DNA from: Nemertoderma westbladi
Lineage: Eukaryota; Animalia; Xenacoelomorpha
Reading direction: 5' to 3'
Length of the DNA stretch: 38,725 nt
Assembly (NCBI GenBank): GCA_032718475.1
Contig: JAUCBJ010005926.1
Span: 1-38,725, forward strand
Part shown: piece after piece, positions 25,301-37,015 of the stretch
Position numbering within the stretch: position 1 is the stretch's first letter
Layout: every line of letters begins with the position of its first letter
Notes under the pieces: generated by a model
Databases searched by the model: none
Told to the model about the DNA's origin: nothing
Seen by the model: only the letters and a program-made list of their open reading frames with translations
Translations under genes and position numbers: made by a program

Positions 25301-28300
25301 AAACTAAGTGTAGAGTACTCATCATACACGCATCAATAAGAAACTAAGTGTAGAGTACTCATCACACACGCATCAATAAGAAACTAAGTGTAGAGTACTC
25401 ATCACACACGCATCAATAAGAAACTAAGTGTAGAGTACTCATCACACACGCATCAATAAGAAACTAAGTGTAGAGTACTCACCACACACACATCAATAAG
25501 AAACTAAGTGTAGAGTACTCATCACACAGGCATCAATAAGAAACTAAGTGTAGAGTACTCATCACACACGCATCAGAAACTAAGTGTAGAGTACTCATCA
25601 CACACGCATCAGAAACTAAGTGTAGAGTACTCATCACACACGCATCAATAAGAAACTAAGTGTAGAGTACTCATCACACACGCATCAAGTACTCATATTT
25701 TTAGGTAAAAATGCATACTACTATTGTTCGCACAAAAAATTGAAAACAAAAAAATTGATTTACATCATCTGTACATCGCTCTAATTGTATGGACATAAAC
25801 TACAATTATTATTTCCGGAAACTAAGGTATGTATCATTTGAACCACAAGCTAGATCTTTCTTTTAACAAAAATTTCCAGTTCCAGAATTTGAATAATAAT
25901 ATTAAACCAATATGTAATATTGGCCATATAGTGAGAGATTGTGTGATATGATGAGTATAGGATAGGAAGGAGTGTCCATTTGGATACATTGGCAGAGACT
26001 GAGCAAACAATATAGTGTGTTGACTCTGACAAGATACTGCGTATTGATATTGAAAGTTGTACTAAGGGGCGCTTCAAAGGTGATAGTCCTGAATAATGTG
26101 TTGGGAACCAGCAAATTGCTTGGGCAGCCACCAAACATCGAGGTGAGCCCTGGAAGGAAAATATATGACAAGACACTACATATAGAAACAGGGGACTTCA
26201 CACCCGCCGAACTCCAAAGAAGCATTAAAAAGCGTGTCCAATCATAAACGGGGGGAATAGATGAAAATCCTGCGGTATGGAAAAACTAAACCAGTTTGCT
26301 ACCGGATGTTGAAGAGGGAAATGCTTCCACCAATTTGGACTAAAGGTCAACCTAACCCTAACCCTCTCCCTAGGAAAGGAGACCTCGGCATACCAACAAA
26401 CTATTGTGGGATCTGTCGTGATCGTGAGATCCAATATCAAAAGTGCAACAACATGATAATCGCAGGATTGCCGTTAAGGATGCTGATCTGGAGGATACAG
26501 TCATAGAGCATAGACTCCCTGACTTGGGAGTCTGTCTCGGGGTAAGCCACTTAACATGGGGATCGATTCAAGCGATCGCCACAGATTAGGGTAACTCGTA
26601 CCAGGATTCTCCTCCACTCATGTTAAAAAGGCATCTAATAATAAATCTATATACTCGCGCGTTTGGTCATTGGTCAGTTTAGTAACAGCAAAACGAAAGA
26701 AGAATATGAGTCATATATATGAGTCATAAAAGTAGGTTAAATGATGGTCGTTTGGCAGATATAACTGGTAGTAACAGGATTTTCGTCAACGATCATTTCT
26801 CTGAAACAGATCACCAAGTGTTTGACATGGCATGCACGCACAATAAAGAACGATTTTAACTGCAAGTACGCATGGTCGCGTAACGGCGCCTCATTCCTTC
26901 GTAAGACAATGGCAAACAAATTCACAAGTTTACCAATAAAAACACAACTTTTTTTGCAATTCTAAACATTATCGACTTGGTTCCCAAAAGATATAAAAAA
27001 GCTATGGACGGACATGCTGGATCATAATATTTTATTAAAAAAGATGTCCTGTTACGGAATTCGAGGTACCCCTCAGTTATTTTTCTCAAATTATTAGCAA
27101 ACCGCTCCCAGATTGTATCCATAAATAATCAGAATTCTAGTTCTAGAAAAATTACATGTGGAATTCCACAAGGATCCCTTCTAGGTCCTATTTCATTTTT
27201 GTTGCACATTAATGATCTGCCAAACTGTTCCGAGTTTTTGTCAACCTTATTTGCATATTACACTAGTCTATTACAATATTCTAATGACATTACAGCTCTT
27301 ATTGAATCTTATTTTAATCTTCATAAAATCTCGGAATGGATGGACGACAATAAACTTGCCATCAATTAAAAAAAAAGTCTACACCATATTTTCAAATTCA
27401 AAATTGTCCCAGGACGCTCTCCCTAAAGTAAAAATAAAAAATCAAGACATAAATAAACACCTTCGGCTAAGTACCTAGGAATTATAATAGACAGCCAGTT
27501 AAGTTTTAAATCTCACATATATTTTCTCAAAAAAATTTCAAAGACTTCAGGGATTTGTCTCTCGGGGGTCATGTCTCTATACAGGCATGGGGTCATGTCT
27601 CTATCTGGGCGTGGGGTCACTTCTCTACCCAGGCATGGGGTCATGTTTCTGCCCGGCACGGGGTCATGTTTCTACCCAGGCATGGGATCATGTCTCTACC
27701 TGGGCGCGGGGTCATGTCTCTACCCGGGTGCGAGGTCATGTCTCTACCCAGACGCCGGGTCATGTGTCTACCCGGGTGAGGGGTCACGTCTCAACCCGGG
27801 CGCAGGGTCATGTCTCTACCTGGGTGCGGGGTCATGTGTCTACCAGGGTGCAGGGTCATGTCTCTACCCGTGTGCAGGGTCATGTCTCTACCTGGGTGCG
27901 GAGTCACGTCTCTCTCTACCCGGGTGTGGGGTCATGTCTCTAACCATGCGCGGGGTCACGTCTCTACCCGGGCATGGGGTCATGTCTCTAACCATGCGCG
28001 GGGTCACGTCTATTTCTACCCGGGTGTGGGTCATGTCTCTACCCGGGTGCGGGGTCAAATTTTAAAGACTTCAGGGATTTGTCTCTCGGGGGTCCTGTCT
28101 CTACACGGGCATGGGGTCATGTCTCTACCTGGGCACGGGGTCACTTCTCTACCCGGGCACGGGGTCATGTTTCTGCCCGGGCACGGGGTCATGTTTCTAC
28201 CCAGGCATGGGATCATGTTTCTACCCAGGCATGGGATCATTTCTCTACCTGGGTGCGAGGTCATGTCTCTACCCAGAGGCAGGGTCATGTGTCTACCCGG

Positions 28301-31300
28301 GTGAGGGGTCCCATCTCAACCCAGGCGCGGGGTCATGTGTCTACCCGGGTGTGGGGTCACATCTCTACACGGGCGCGGGGTCATGTCTCTACCCGGGTGC
28401 GGGGTCATGTCTCTACCCGGGTACGGGTCACGTCTCCACCCGGGTGCGGGGTCATGTATCTACCCGGGCATGGGGTCATGTCTCTAACCATGCGCAGGGT
28501 CACGTCTATCTCTACCCGGGTGTGGGGTCACGTTTCTACACAGGCACAGGGTCATGTCTCTACCCGGGTGCGGGGTCACGTTTCTACACAGGCACAGAGT
28601 CATGTCTCTACCCGGGAGCGGGGTCATGTCTCTACCCGGGTGTGGGGTCATGTCTCTACCAGGGTGCGGGGTCATGTCTCTACCTGGGCGCGGGGTCATG
28701 TTTCTACCCAGGCACGGGGTCATGTCTCTAACTGGGCGCAGGGTGATGTCTCTACCCGGGCACGGGATCATTTCTCTACCCAGGCATGGGGTCACATCTC
28801 TACCCGGGTGTGGGGTCATGTCTCTTCCAGGGTGCGGGGTCATGTCTCTACCTGGGTGAGGGGTCATGTTTCTACCCGGGCACGGGGTCATGTCTCTACC
28901 CGTGTGCGGGGTCATGTCTCTACCCGGGTGTGGGGTCATGTCTCTACCCGGGTGCAGGGTCATGTCTCTACCCGGGTGTGGGGTCATGTCTCTACCCATG
29001 TGCAGGGTCATGTCTCGACCCAGGTGCGGGGACACGTCTCAACACGGGCGCGGGGTCATGTCTCAACCCTGGCACGGGGTCATGTAACCTGGACATGGGT
29101 CATGTAAATCCTTCTTGAATCTTCTATTTCCTCTACCTCATTTCTTTCTTCTGTTTATTTTTAATACTGCGGAAACATGTATCAGTTGTGTGTGTGTGTT
29201 CGATGAAATTTGTGCGTGTGTCTGCATTTGTGTGCATTTGTGCGTGCGCATGTCAGTAGATTGCGCGTGTGCGACCCATTTGTTTATGACAGGTGATGTG
29301 TAGAGTACATGATTCTAGATATTTTCTGCTAACAGTAAAAAACGACCACAAAATGTAAGTTAAGTTTAAAATTGTAAAGCCAAAGTCAAAAGTCAAAAGG
29401 ATTTGTTTCTTTGGGTACAAATAATAATTGATTGATTGATTGACAGAGTGGGGGTTTATCAATTCAACCATAAGGTCAATAACCTAGGCGGTTGAGGTTA
29501 ATTGGTAAATCCAGTTTCCAATTACCAAGGTAACGAGGAGAAACAGTTGTTCATATATACCACTTGATATTTGGAGCATAAGGAGCACATGACTAAAATA
29601 GCCTGATATGGGTACCGTGAAGTGACTCGACAAAGTTCCTTCTTTGAATTGCCCCTGGATTAGGACCTGGATAAGCCGGCACAGCATTCTTAAAAATGCA
29701 GCTGCAATGCAGCATGCCGATCCTAGTAGTGGATTTGGACCCCCTTGGAAATAAGCAGCAAATTTTTAGGGGTAATCCTATATGTTATGTTGGACAATAT
29801 CTATACTACTACTAAGTCGAGCGAACTCGGACAGTGGAAATGAGATCCTTCCAGGCTTCCCGATTCTCTATAGTTGTTGCAATTTCGTTTCTCCCAAGTT
29901 CAGTATCCCTTTCAAGTTGATCTATATATGTTATGGCCGGTCGTCCACGACTACGCTTTCCATGAGTTGGTTGCCAGAAAAGTAAATCTGGTATGACCTC
30001 GTCTTTACTTCGCCAGCAGTGCCCACTGAATCTTAATCTGCGTTCACGGAGGGTGGTTGATACAGGTGGTATTGTACCATAAAAAAAAATCGGCATTTGT
30101 CATGTGTTGTCTCCAGCTGATGTTTAGGGCTGCCCGTAGTAGTGTTGTGTAGCAACCATCAATTCGTTGTTCAAGTGATTTAGTCAGTGTCCAGGTCTCA
30201 CCCCCGTATTAAAATACACTTTCCACTGTGGCTGAAAACACTTAGTCTTCAGGTGCCTGGGGAGATCTGATTTCCAGATGGTATCCATTTTTGATAGAGC
30301 TACCCAAGCCTTTGCTTTCCTAACTTCTATGTCCTTTTTGCTACTCTCTATCCATGATCCAAGGTACTGGAAGTCGTCAACTTTCCTTAGTTGATTATTA
30401 TCAATGGTTGTCAAGTTTCCCTCAACATTAAAAGTCATGAATTCGGTCTCGGTAGCATTTATATGCAATCCAACCTCCTTAGCAGCCCTCTCCACTTTAT
30501 TCATTAGAAGCTGTGCATCTGCTAGCGTATTAGAGAGCAGGGCGATGTCATCCCCGAAGACGGTGTCTGTGACTGTAGTTGCCGGATATCTACTACTTCT
30601 GTGTTCTTAAAGTGTGAATCCCAGATCTTCACCCTTTGTCGCCGTCCTCATTGCGTAATCCAGTACAATTACAAATAGTAATGGTGCTAATGTGTCACCT
30701 TGCAGTACGCCAGCCAGGATTGAGAAAAACTCAGTTCCACCATCTGGTGAGAGTACCTGTGCTTATGTGTCACAATATAACAATCCAATGCCAACAACGA
30801 TTACTTCTGTCTGGTATTCCATAAGCTCTTAGGATTTCAAGCATTTTACCTCTATGGATGGAGTCGAATGCCTTCTTGAAGTCCACAAAAGTCATGACTG
30901 CGGGGAGATTCTTTGACTTAATTCCTTCAATCAGTCTCCGTAGTGCAAGTATCTGAGTTATTGTTGATCTACTTGGTCGAAATCCGTTTTGGCTCTTACG
31001 CAGTAGTTTCTCTATGTGAGGCCTAATCCTATATAGAATCATTTTATTGTATATTTTGGCAGCTATCACAAGCAGACAGATCTCACGATAGTTTGTTGGT
31101 ATACCGAGGTCTCCTTTCTTGGGGAGAGGCTTTAGTTGACCTTTAGTCCAAATTGGTGGAGGCTTTTCCCCTTTTATTATCCGGTTGCAAACATTCAATA
31201 ATGGTCTGTTTAGCACTCCTGTTTTCCATACCTCCGCTGGAATTTCATCTAATCCACTCGCTTTATTATTGGACATGCTTTTAATGCTTCTTTCGGCAGG

Positions 31301-34300
31301 TGTGAAGTCCCCTGTCTCTATAGGTAGTGTCTTTTCATATATTTTCCTTGTAGGGCTGGCCTCGATGTTTGGTGGCTGCCCAAGCAAATTGCTGAAGTGA
31401 TTTTTCCACTTCCCCACACGTTCTTCGGGACTATCGGCTTTGAGGCGCCCCTTTGCACAACTTTCCGACCAGATACCTCATTCACTGTTTGCCAAGTAAG
31501 TCTTGATTGTTGCTATATGTGAGCAGTTGTAATTGCTTCAATTTTATCTTGTATGTACTTTTCCTGGCTGATGTTGTAGGCCAATTTAAGATCACCCTTA
31601 GCTTTCTCAACCTTGTTAATGTTTTCGGTTGTTGGTTGTTCGGTTTTTACATTGTAGGCTATCTTAAGATCTTCTCTCTTACAAGTAACCTCAGAGTTTT
31701 GCCATGGCACATACTGTTTTCGTTTGGGTTTCTGGGGGATATGCCTCTTAGCTGATTCCTTGTGGGCTTTTATTATATTCTGGTATATTGAATCGGTGGA
31801 CTGGTCTTCATCCATTGACTGAAGTGCTTCAAAGCGGTTTTGAAATTCTACTGTGTAAGCATCCTTTACTGCATTGTCAGTTCTGAGTTTCTCCCAGTCA
31901 TAGTTGATTTGCTTGGTTGTCCTGGGTTTGCTGGCTCTCAAACTGAGTCTGACAATATCTATACATTTGTTGTATTTGTTGTTGTTTTTACAGAATGAAT
32001 AAATAAATCTATCTATCTAATTGCAGTATTCCCGTTCATCCAAGGTACATTGACACGAAGTGACCCACGCTAGTGTAAAAAAAAAAGAAAAAAAAAGGTA
32101 CACCATTGATATAATTATTTGCATAATTAAATTAATCAATGGATCTTATCGTATTTTACTAGGTTTACGATGGAGCTGATAATACTGCGCCACTTATTTG
32201 GTCTATAACTGGTGGTTCGAGTCCATCTCCTATGACGTCATCTTCCAATGATTTCTACCTGTACTTCGACCCGACTGTCATCGACAACCTTGTTGTATTG
32301 AATGGATTCGATATCAGCTATGAAATTCAAAACATCCCACGTACGTTGATACTAGAAAATAGATTACTATGGATCCGGCACACTAGAATTAATATTTTTC
32401 GTCGAGTTACTCTGCTACACACATTTTGTTTACTTTATTTTAACCCTAGTTATTTTGTATCGTAGTCGGTTATTTAGTATCTTGTGTAATAAACCCCATG
32501 TGTAAAAAGTCAAAAGGCATTAAAATTTTCTTCTAAGGCCAGGAATTAGGCACAAAGTCTGACGACTTATTTACAGTTCGGTCCCCTAGCCCATACGCTG
32601 AGATGAAACGCCAGTATTCCCTATTCATGTAGTATTATTTAAGGATGCCATTTTACGAATAGTTGAATTAAATGGAAGTGAAAAACCAAACATATCAACT
32701 GACTATACATTTATTTACATTGTTTGCAGCACCTTGCGTAGAGAACCCTGATGCTTCTGCTTACTGCCCTGGATGGGCTGCCATAGGTGAATGTGCCAAC
32801 AATCCCGGTTTCATGCAGGTCGAGTGCGAATTTAGTTGCGATAAATGTCAAGATGGTGTTTGTAAGTAAAATAAATAAATAAATATGATACTAGTGGTAA
32901 ACCAAACCTAGTGGTTAATTACTGAATATTGAACATGCGATTGTCATTGTTTATTACATATTATTTCACCCTTTAGGACTTCACTTCCTCTGTGTTCCAC
33001 TGAAAAGCCACTTGAATAACTGATCATTAAGAAATTGAAATAACTTTTTTCAGTAATTTGTAAACACTTTATTGGTAGGAAATACCATTAAATTTAAATT
33101 AAATTAAACTTTATTCTTTACACAACTCTCTGGAAAAATATTTTAATTATTAATGAGAAGTAATTTTTGTTAGCAATAACACAAATTATTAATATTGTAT
33201 TTATGTATCGGTGTTAATTATATCATTATAGTACCATGTGATGAAAACGCCGACGCTTACGCGGCCTGCAGTGGATGGGCTGCCGCCGGAGAGTGCACTG
33301 CTAATGCTGGATGGATGTATGTGCACTGCCAGAGCTCTTGTAACAAATGCAATCAAAATAGTAAGTAAATAATTATAATAAATCTATAAACGATTCTATA
33401 CACAGATCACAATTATTTATCTCAAAAGTAAATCATGAAAAATTGAAATTGTAACTTATAATAGAATTAAATTGGTTTAAAACCACAAAGTTAAATTGTA
33501 CATTGAATTAAACCGAAAAGACTGTCGATGGAGAAAGTCAAGAGATTCCAGGTCAGAGGCACTCAGAGATCCCAAAAATAATCGAAGATTGAACAATATC
33601 TTGGGCTCTGCTATTCCCTCCACAGAGTTGATATAGTTTTTATTGGATACCATCGAGTTGTCCAGGACTTGCTATAAAACATGTTAGAAGTGAAAATTTA
33701 GTGTTTTCGAATATCTTGATAGACAGCTCTATTATTTCTAAAACATTTCACTCCTAGAAACATAAATTCACTCCTGGGAAAGAGTTGACCCAATATATTT
33801 AGATACATGTTTGCACGCACAACTAACACGCCCTGGCGTATTACAGACATGGAAAAGTCAACATACATGTCTTTGATGTTTCAATCTCTAAATAAAGTTC
33901 CTGTGACTTGTAGCTCAACATATTTCATAGGTTTGTACATCATTAGGAGATGTGCACATGATTAAGTAGTCATCCGCATACTTAATCACACCCAGCCAAT
34001 GTCCAGCAATAGAATACCCAATACCACTACAGTAGTACCTTTCAGATATGTCATGATAGGTGATGTTATCAGGTTGAGAAAAGTTTGAGACATTAGGGGG
34101 CCTCGTTTCAGCCCATTAAAGACATGGAAACCAGAACAATCAACAAGGGGGCCAAATTTACATTGGAAAATTCCTAGACTGTAATAACTGATAATAAAAA
34201 AATGTTTAAATGTTAATCCGCGGAAACTCCGTGTTTAACGATGGGTTCTCAGTATTAATCCACAGGAACTCGGTGTTTAACGGTAGGTTCTCAGTGTTAA

Positions 34301-37015
34301 TCCACGGGAACTCGGTGTCCAATGGCGGGAACTCGGTACTAATCTGCGGGATCTCGGTGTTGAACGGTGGGAACTCAGTATTAATCCGTGAGAACTCGGT
34401 GTTTAACGATGGGTTCTCAGTATTAATCCACAAGAACTCGGTGTTTAATGGTGGGTTCTTTGTGTTAGTCCGTGGTAACTCACTGTTTAAAGGTGGGTTC
34501 TCAGTGTCAACCCGCGGGAAATTGGTGTTTAACGGTGGGTTTTTGGTGTAATCCGCGGGAACGCGGTGTTCAATGGCAGGAACTCGGTGTTTAATGGTGG
34601 TTTAATATCAGTGTTAATCCGCGGGAACTTGGTGTTTAACCGCGGGATCACGGTTTTAATCCACTCTCCATCTATTAAACCCTGGGCAATTATACGGAAC
34701 AGTCTGTTGGCTTGTGGGGCCATGACTCCGTCGCATGAAGCCCACTATTACTACTATAATCGGCCAGCTGCATTGAGATGCTATGCTGGCTTAACAGAAA
34801 TATTTTGCCATCACTATCTGACTATGCAATCCACAATTGTCAAGCCCAATGGAGCGCGCATTACGAATGCTACGACGGTTTATCAGCAAAGTTGCACCGC
34901 CACAACTCCCTGCCACCCCACCATGACTTTCGCGAGATTGTCCACATCTTCCAGGCCAGTGTACTTTAAGAGGCGTCTCAAAAAGTCATGGGCTGTCCAC
35001 CATAAACATATTCCATTGGGTTGCCAAAGGACAAGATTGTACACAGGCTGGTCTTCCTGCAGAAAACAATGTCCTGCACAGTGGAGGCGGTTTTCTTCAA
35101 GAATCAAGGAAACAGCACACTGACCTTGAAGATGTGGACAATCTTGTTAAAATTTACGGTAATCGCAATTATGTTAATAAGATAAGACAGCATGCTGCAA
35201 GGCTATGTCTACCGGTTATACATAGATGGGATATGGGTTATTTCTAATGTGGCTCCAGTACTATGGGACTCGTTTTACAATGCTTACATGAATATGAAGA
35301 CCCGATTAAAAATGGAAATTAATTGAACAGAATATAATATTTTTAATTATATAGTTTTCTCAAATTTTTACTATATTGAGTGTTGGTGTTTCAAGTAACA
35401 TATTCGCCGTTTTTAGTGCCATGAAATATTCTCCAAGCAAGCAAAAAAATAAAAAATTAAGAATATAAAATACCGAAAGATTTAATTAAGGAATATATTG
35501 TAATAATGAACTATTGAATCCTTTACAACTAATTAGATACTGCACAAACAGTAGAGGTTAATATATTGAAGTGATAGGCTTATACATTGTAATTAATTAA
35601 TTGAGCGAACTAATTTGCACAGTACAGTATAAATAAATTAGTATAGTATATCTTCCTTATATAGCTTATATGGATAGACCTTTTAAGCTTAAGAAAACAT
35701 TAATTAATTAGTGTACTACTGTATTATGGTTTCTTTATTACATTACATAACACAATATAAATACATATTATATTATTATTATTTATATTTAATAACTTGT
35801 TTCTATAGCTTGCAATGAATTCCCCGATGACAACTTCCACTGTCCAGGGTGGGCCAGAGTTGGTGAATGTACTGTTAATCCATCTTATATGTACACCCAC
35901 TGTCAGACATCCTGTAACAAGTGTGACGATGGAAGCCCACGTAAGTACCTATAATACGCTGTTTTTCACAAGCTTAATGATGATAGCCATCGTTAATTAA
36001 CACATATTGTGTGATGCAGAATATGAATAGGACTCACAATATCCAATCTACTAGAATTAACATAACACTTATATTGTATCATCTCTAAACTCCTGTCTGC
36101 AGGTCTATCATTGAATGACTGACTCACGATCAGAAAATCATAAAGAACAAGCATAACACAATTACATCCCATCCATAACGACCATCAGAAGAAAAATATT
36201 GTAGTATTGTCAACTGCAACTGCTTTGTAAGAGGCCCAGTGTGACATCATCCAGACAGACCAGTGTATTGCGTGATGAAAATGTTCAATTCATGGTCATT
36301 GGAACTACAAAATATTGCAAAAGAAACAGGTCTCAGTTGTTTCCAAACTTTTTTTGCAAACAACATAATGATTTCAAGAGATCAATAAGGGGGCAGTGTA
36401 ATTTGCTACATAAATCACAGAATAGCCTTTACATCACACCAGATATTGAATATTCTACCAATACTTTTAAATCTACTAAAAAAAAGTAAGAATAACCGTG
36501 TAATTCTCACATTAAATACAAACTACTGTATGTTTTATTTACGATATATGATATAACTGAATAACTGTAACGAGAGCAAGATTGGTCTCTCCCAGATCAA
36601 GAAATCTGCAAATCACTAATATATATATATTTATAAATATAAAAAGTTTAATTGTATTTGATTCGAAAACAGCCATTGGTACTGCTACACAGTAATATAA
36701 GAAATTATTTTTATTATTATACAGCTTGTGATGAAAGACCAGACTTGAATCCAAACTGTGCTCAATGGGCCGCAGATGGAGATTGTAGTTCTGGACATCC
36801 GAATGAAGCCTATATGTACAACTACTGTCAGACATCCTGCGATAAGTGTAACGATGGTACTCCAACGTCTGGATGTATCCCTGGTGTCTGCTATGAAGAA
36901 CCGGACAGGAACTTCCACTGCCCAGGATGGGCTGTTGATGGCGAATGTTTGGACAATCCGGCCTACATGTACAATGCCTGCCAAACCGCCTGCAACATGT
37001 GTGATGATGGCATAA
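22300..37015 (+). CDS. Secreted CUB + multiple ShKT domain protein, 7 exons, 372 aa in window, 3' incomplete
   Basis: join(22300..22381,24255..24427,32163..32340,32730..32861,33232..33360,35809..35940,36725..37015). All introns are GT-AG with phases 1,0,1,1,1,1, there are no stops, and the last exon ends at a GTAAGT donor. Confidence 0.9.
22530..23700 (+). repeat. Degenerate ~39-bp minisatellite in intron 1
   Basis: Recurrent gtgctgatatg...gttgatctgtggttgcatatgcgtatgt at about 22530-23340 and 23605-23700; the source of the His/Thr-rich minus-strand ORFs. Confidence 0.75.
24255..24427 (+). CDS. Exon 2: N-terminal half of the CUB domain
   Basis: CPSNYYDAVTGTLLSPNYPNFYSGYLPCGYHIHGPTGSDIVLTWNFLDLESGFDYIY; acceptor tttcag, donor GTAAGT. 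Confidence 0.9.
24620..24716. repeat. Perfect 97-bp palindrome (48-bp arms, 1-nt centre)
   Basis: 24620-24667 is the exact reverse complement of 24669-24716. Confidence 0.93.
24981..25688 (+). repeat. 40-bp tandem repeat, about 18 near-identical copies
   Basis: Unit TAAGAAACTAAGTGTAGAGTACTCATCACACACGCATCAA; three units are 4 nt shorter; no spacers. Confidence 0.95.
26110..26430 (+). mobile_element. Degenerate RTE LINE fragment, same family as 29807-31950 but opposite orientation
   Basis: LLGQPPNIEVSPGRKIYDKTLHIETGDFTPAE and PPIWTKGQ...PRKGDLGIPTNY match the ORF at 30770..31417. Confidence 0.85.
27090..27556 (+). mobile_element. Degenerate CR1/L2-group LINE reverse transcriptase fragment
   Basis: NRSQIVSINNQNSSSRKITCGIPQGSLLGPI..LHINDLP, then frameshifted KYLGIIIDSQLSFKSHI...KKISKTSGI. 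Confidence 0.8.
27557..29105 (+). repeat. GC-rich 24-bp minisatellite (GGGGTCATGTCTCTACCCGGGTGC)n in two higher-order blocks
   Basis: Directly visible; 8-aa periodic ORFs in all frames; the leader aaagacttcagggatttgtctctcggggg occurs at about 27540 and 28064. Confidence 0.93.
29807..31950 (-). mobile_element. 5'-truncated, frameshifted RTE-clade LINE
   Basis: RT motifs QNGFRPSRST, FVDFKKAFDSI, GVLQGDTLAP, FGDDIALL and FQYLGS; C-terminal RRLRFSGHCWR...GRP; short (TAG)n tail; 14-bp TSD GACAATATCTATAC at 29793-29806 and 31951-31964. Confidence 0.93.
32163..32340 (+). CDS. Exon 3: C-terminal half of the CUB domain
   Basis: VYDGADNTAPLIWSITGGSSPSPMTSSSNDFYLYFDPTVIDNLVVLNGFDISY; acceptor ttttactag, donor GTACGT. 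Confidence 0.88.
32730..32861 (+). CDS. Exon 4: ShKT domain 1
   Basis: CVENPDASAYCPGWAAIGECANNPGFMQVECEFSCDKC has the six-Cys ShKT pattern; phase 1-1 exon. Confidence 0.92.
33232..33360 (+). CDS. Exon 5: ShKT domain 2 (absent from the ORF track)
   Basis: CDENADAYAACSGWAAAGECTANAGWMYVHCQSSCNKC; acceptor tatag, donor GTAAGT. Confidence 0.92.
34205..34662 (+). repeat. 21-bp minisatellite with a 42-bp dimer unit
   Basis: Recurring gtgttaatccgcgggaactcg / gtgtttaacggtgggttctca. Confidence 0.88.
34885..35110 (-). mobile_element. Old RTE LINE 3' fragment
   Basis: NRLHCAGHCFLQEDQPVYNLVLWQPNG...LLKYTGLEDVDNLAKVM resembles the RTE C-terminus at 29812-30096. Confidence 0.6.
35809..35940 (+). CDS. Exon 6: ShKT domain 3
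   Basis: CNEFPDDNFHCPGWARVGECTVNPSYMYTHCQTSCNKC; acceptor ttctatag, donor GTAAGT. Confidence 0.92.
36725..37015 (+). CDS. Exon 7: ShKT domains 4 and 5
   Basis: CDERPDLNPNCAQWAADGDCSSGHPNEAYMYNYCQTSCDKC and CYEEPDRNFHCPGWAVDGECLDNPAYMYNACQTACNMC; donor GTAAGT at 37016. Confidence 0.92.

Noticed and set aside
24981-25688. CRISPR-like 40-bp periodicity
   Set aside because: Units are contiguous with no unique spacers, there are no cas genes and the context is eukaryotic.
26460-26650. Possible SINE remnants (also about 29430-29690)
   Set aside because: Only tail-like features are visible, with no clear A/B boxes or TSDs.
27555-29118. Multiple overlapping ORFs up to 342 aa (GHVSTRVR repeats)
   Set aside because: Artefacts of a stop-free 24-bp minisatellite.
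34566-35123. 185-aa plus-strand ORF in intron 5 of the CUB-ShKT gene
   Set aside because: It begins in the 21-bp repeat and runs antisense through an RTE remnant; no ShKT pattern or phase-1 splice sites were found.
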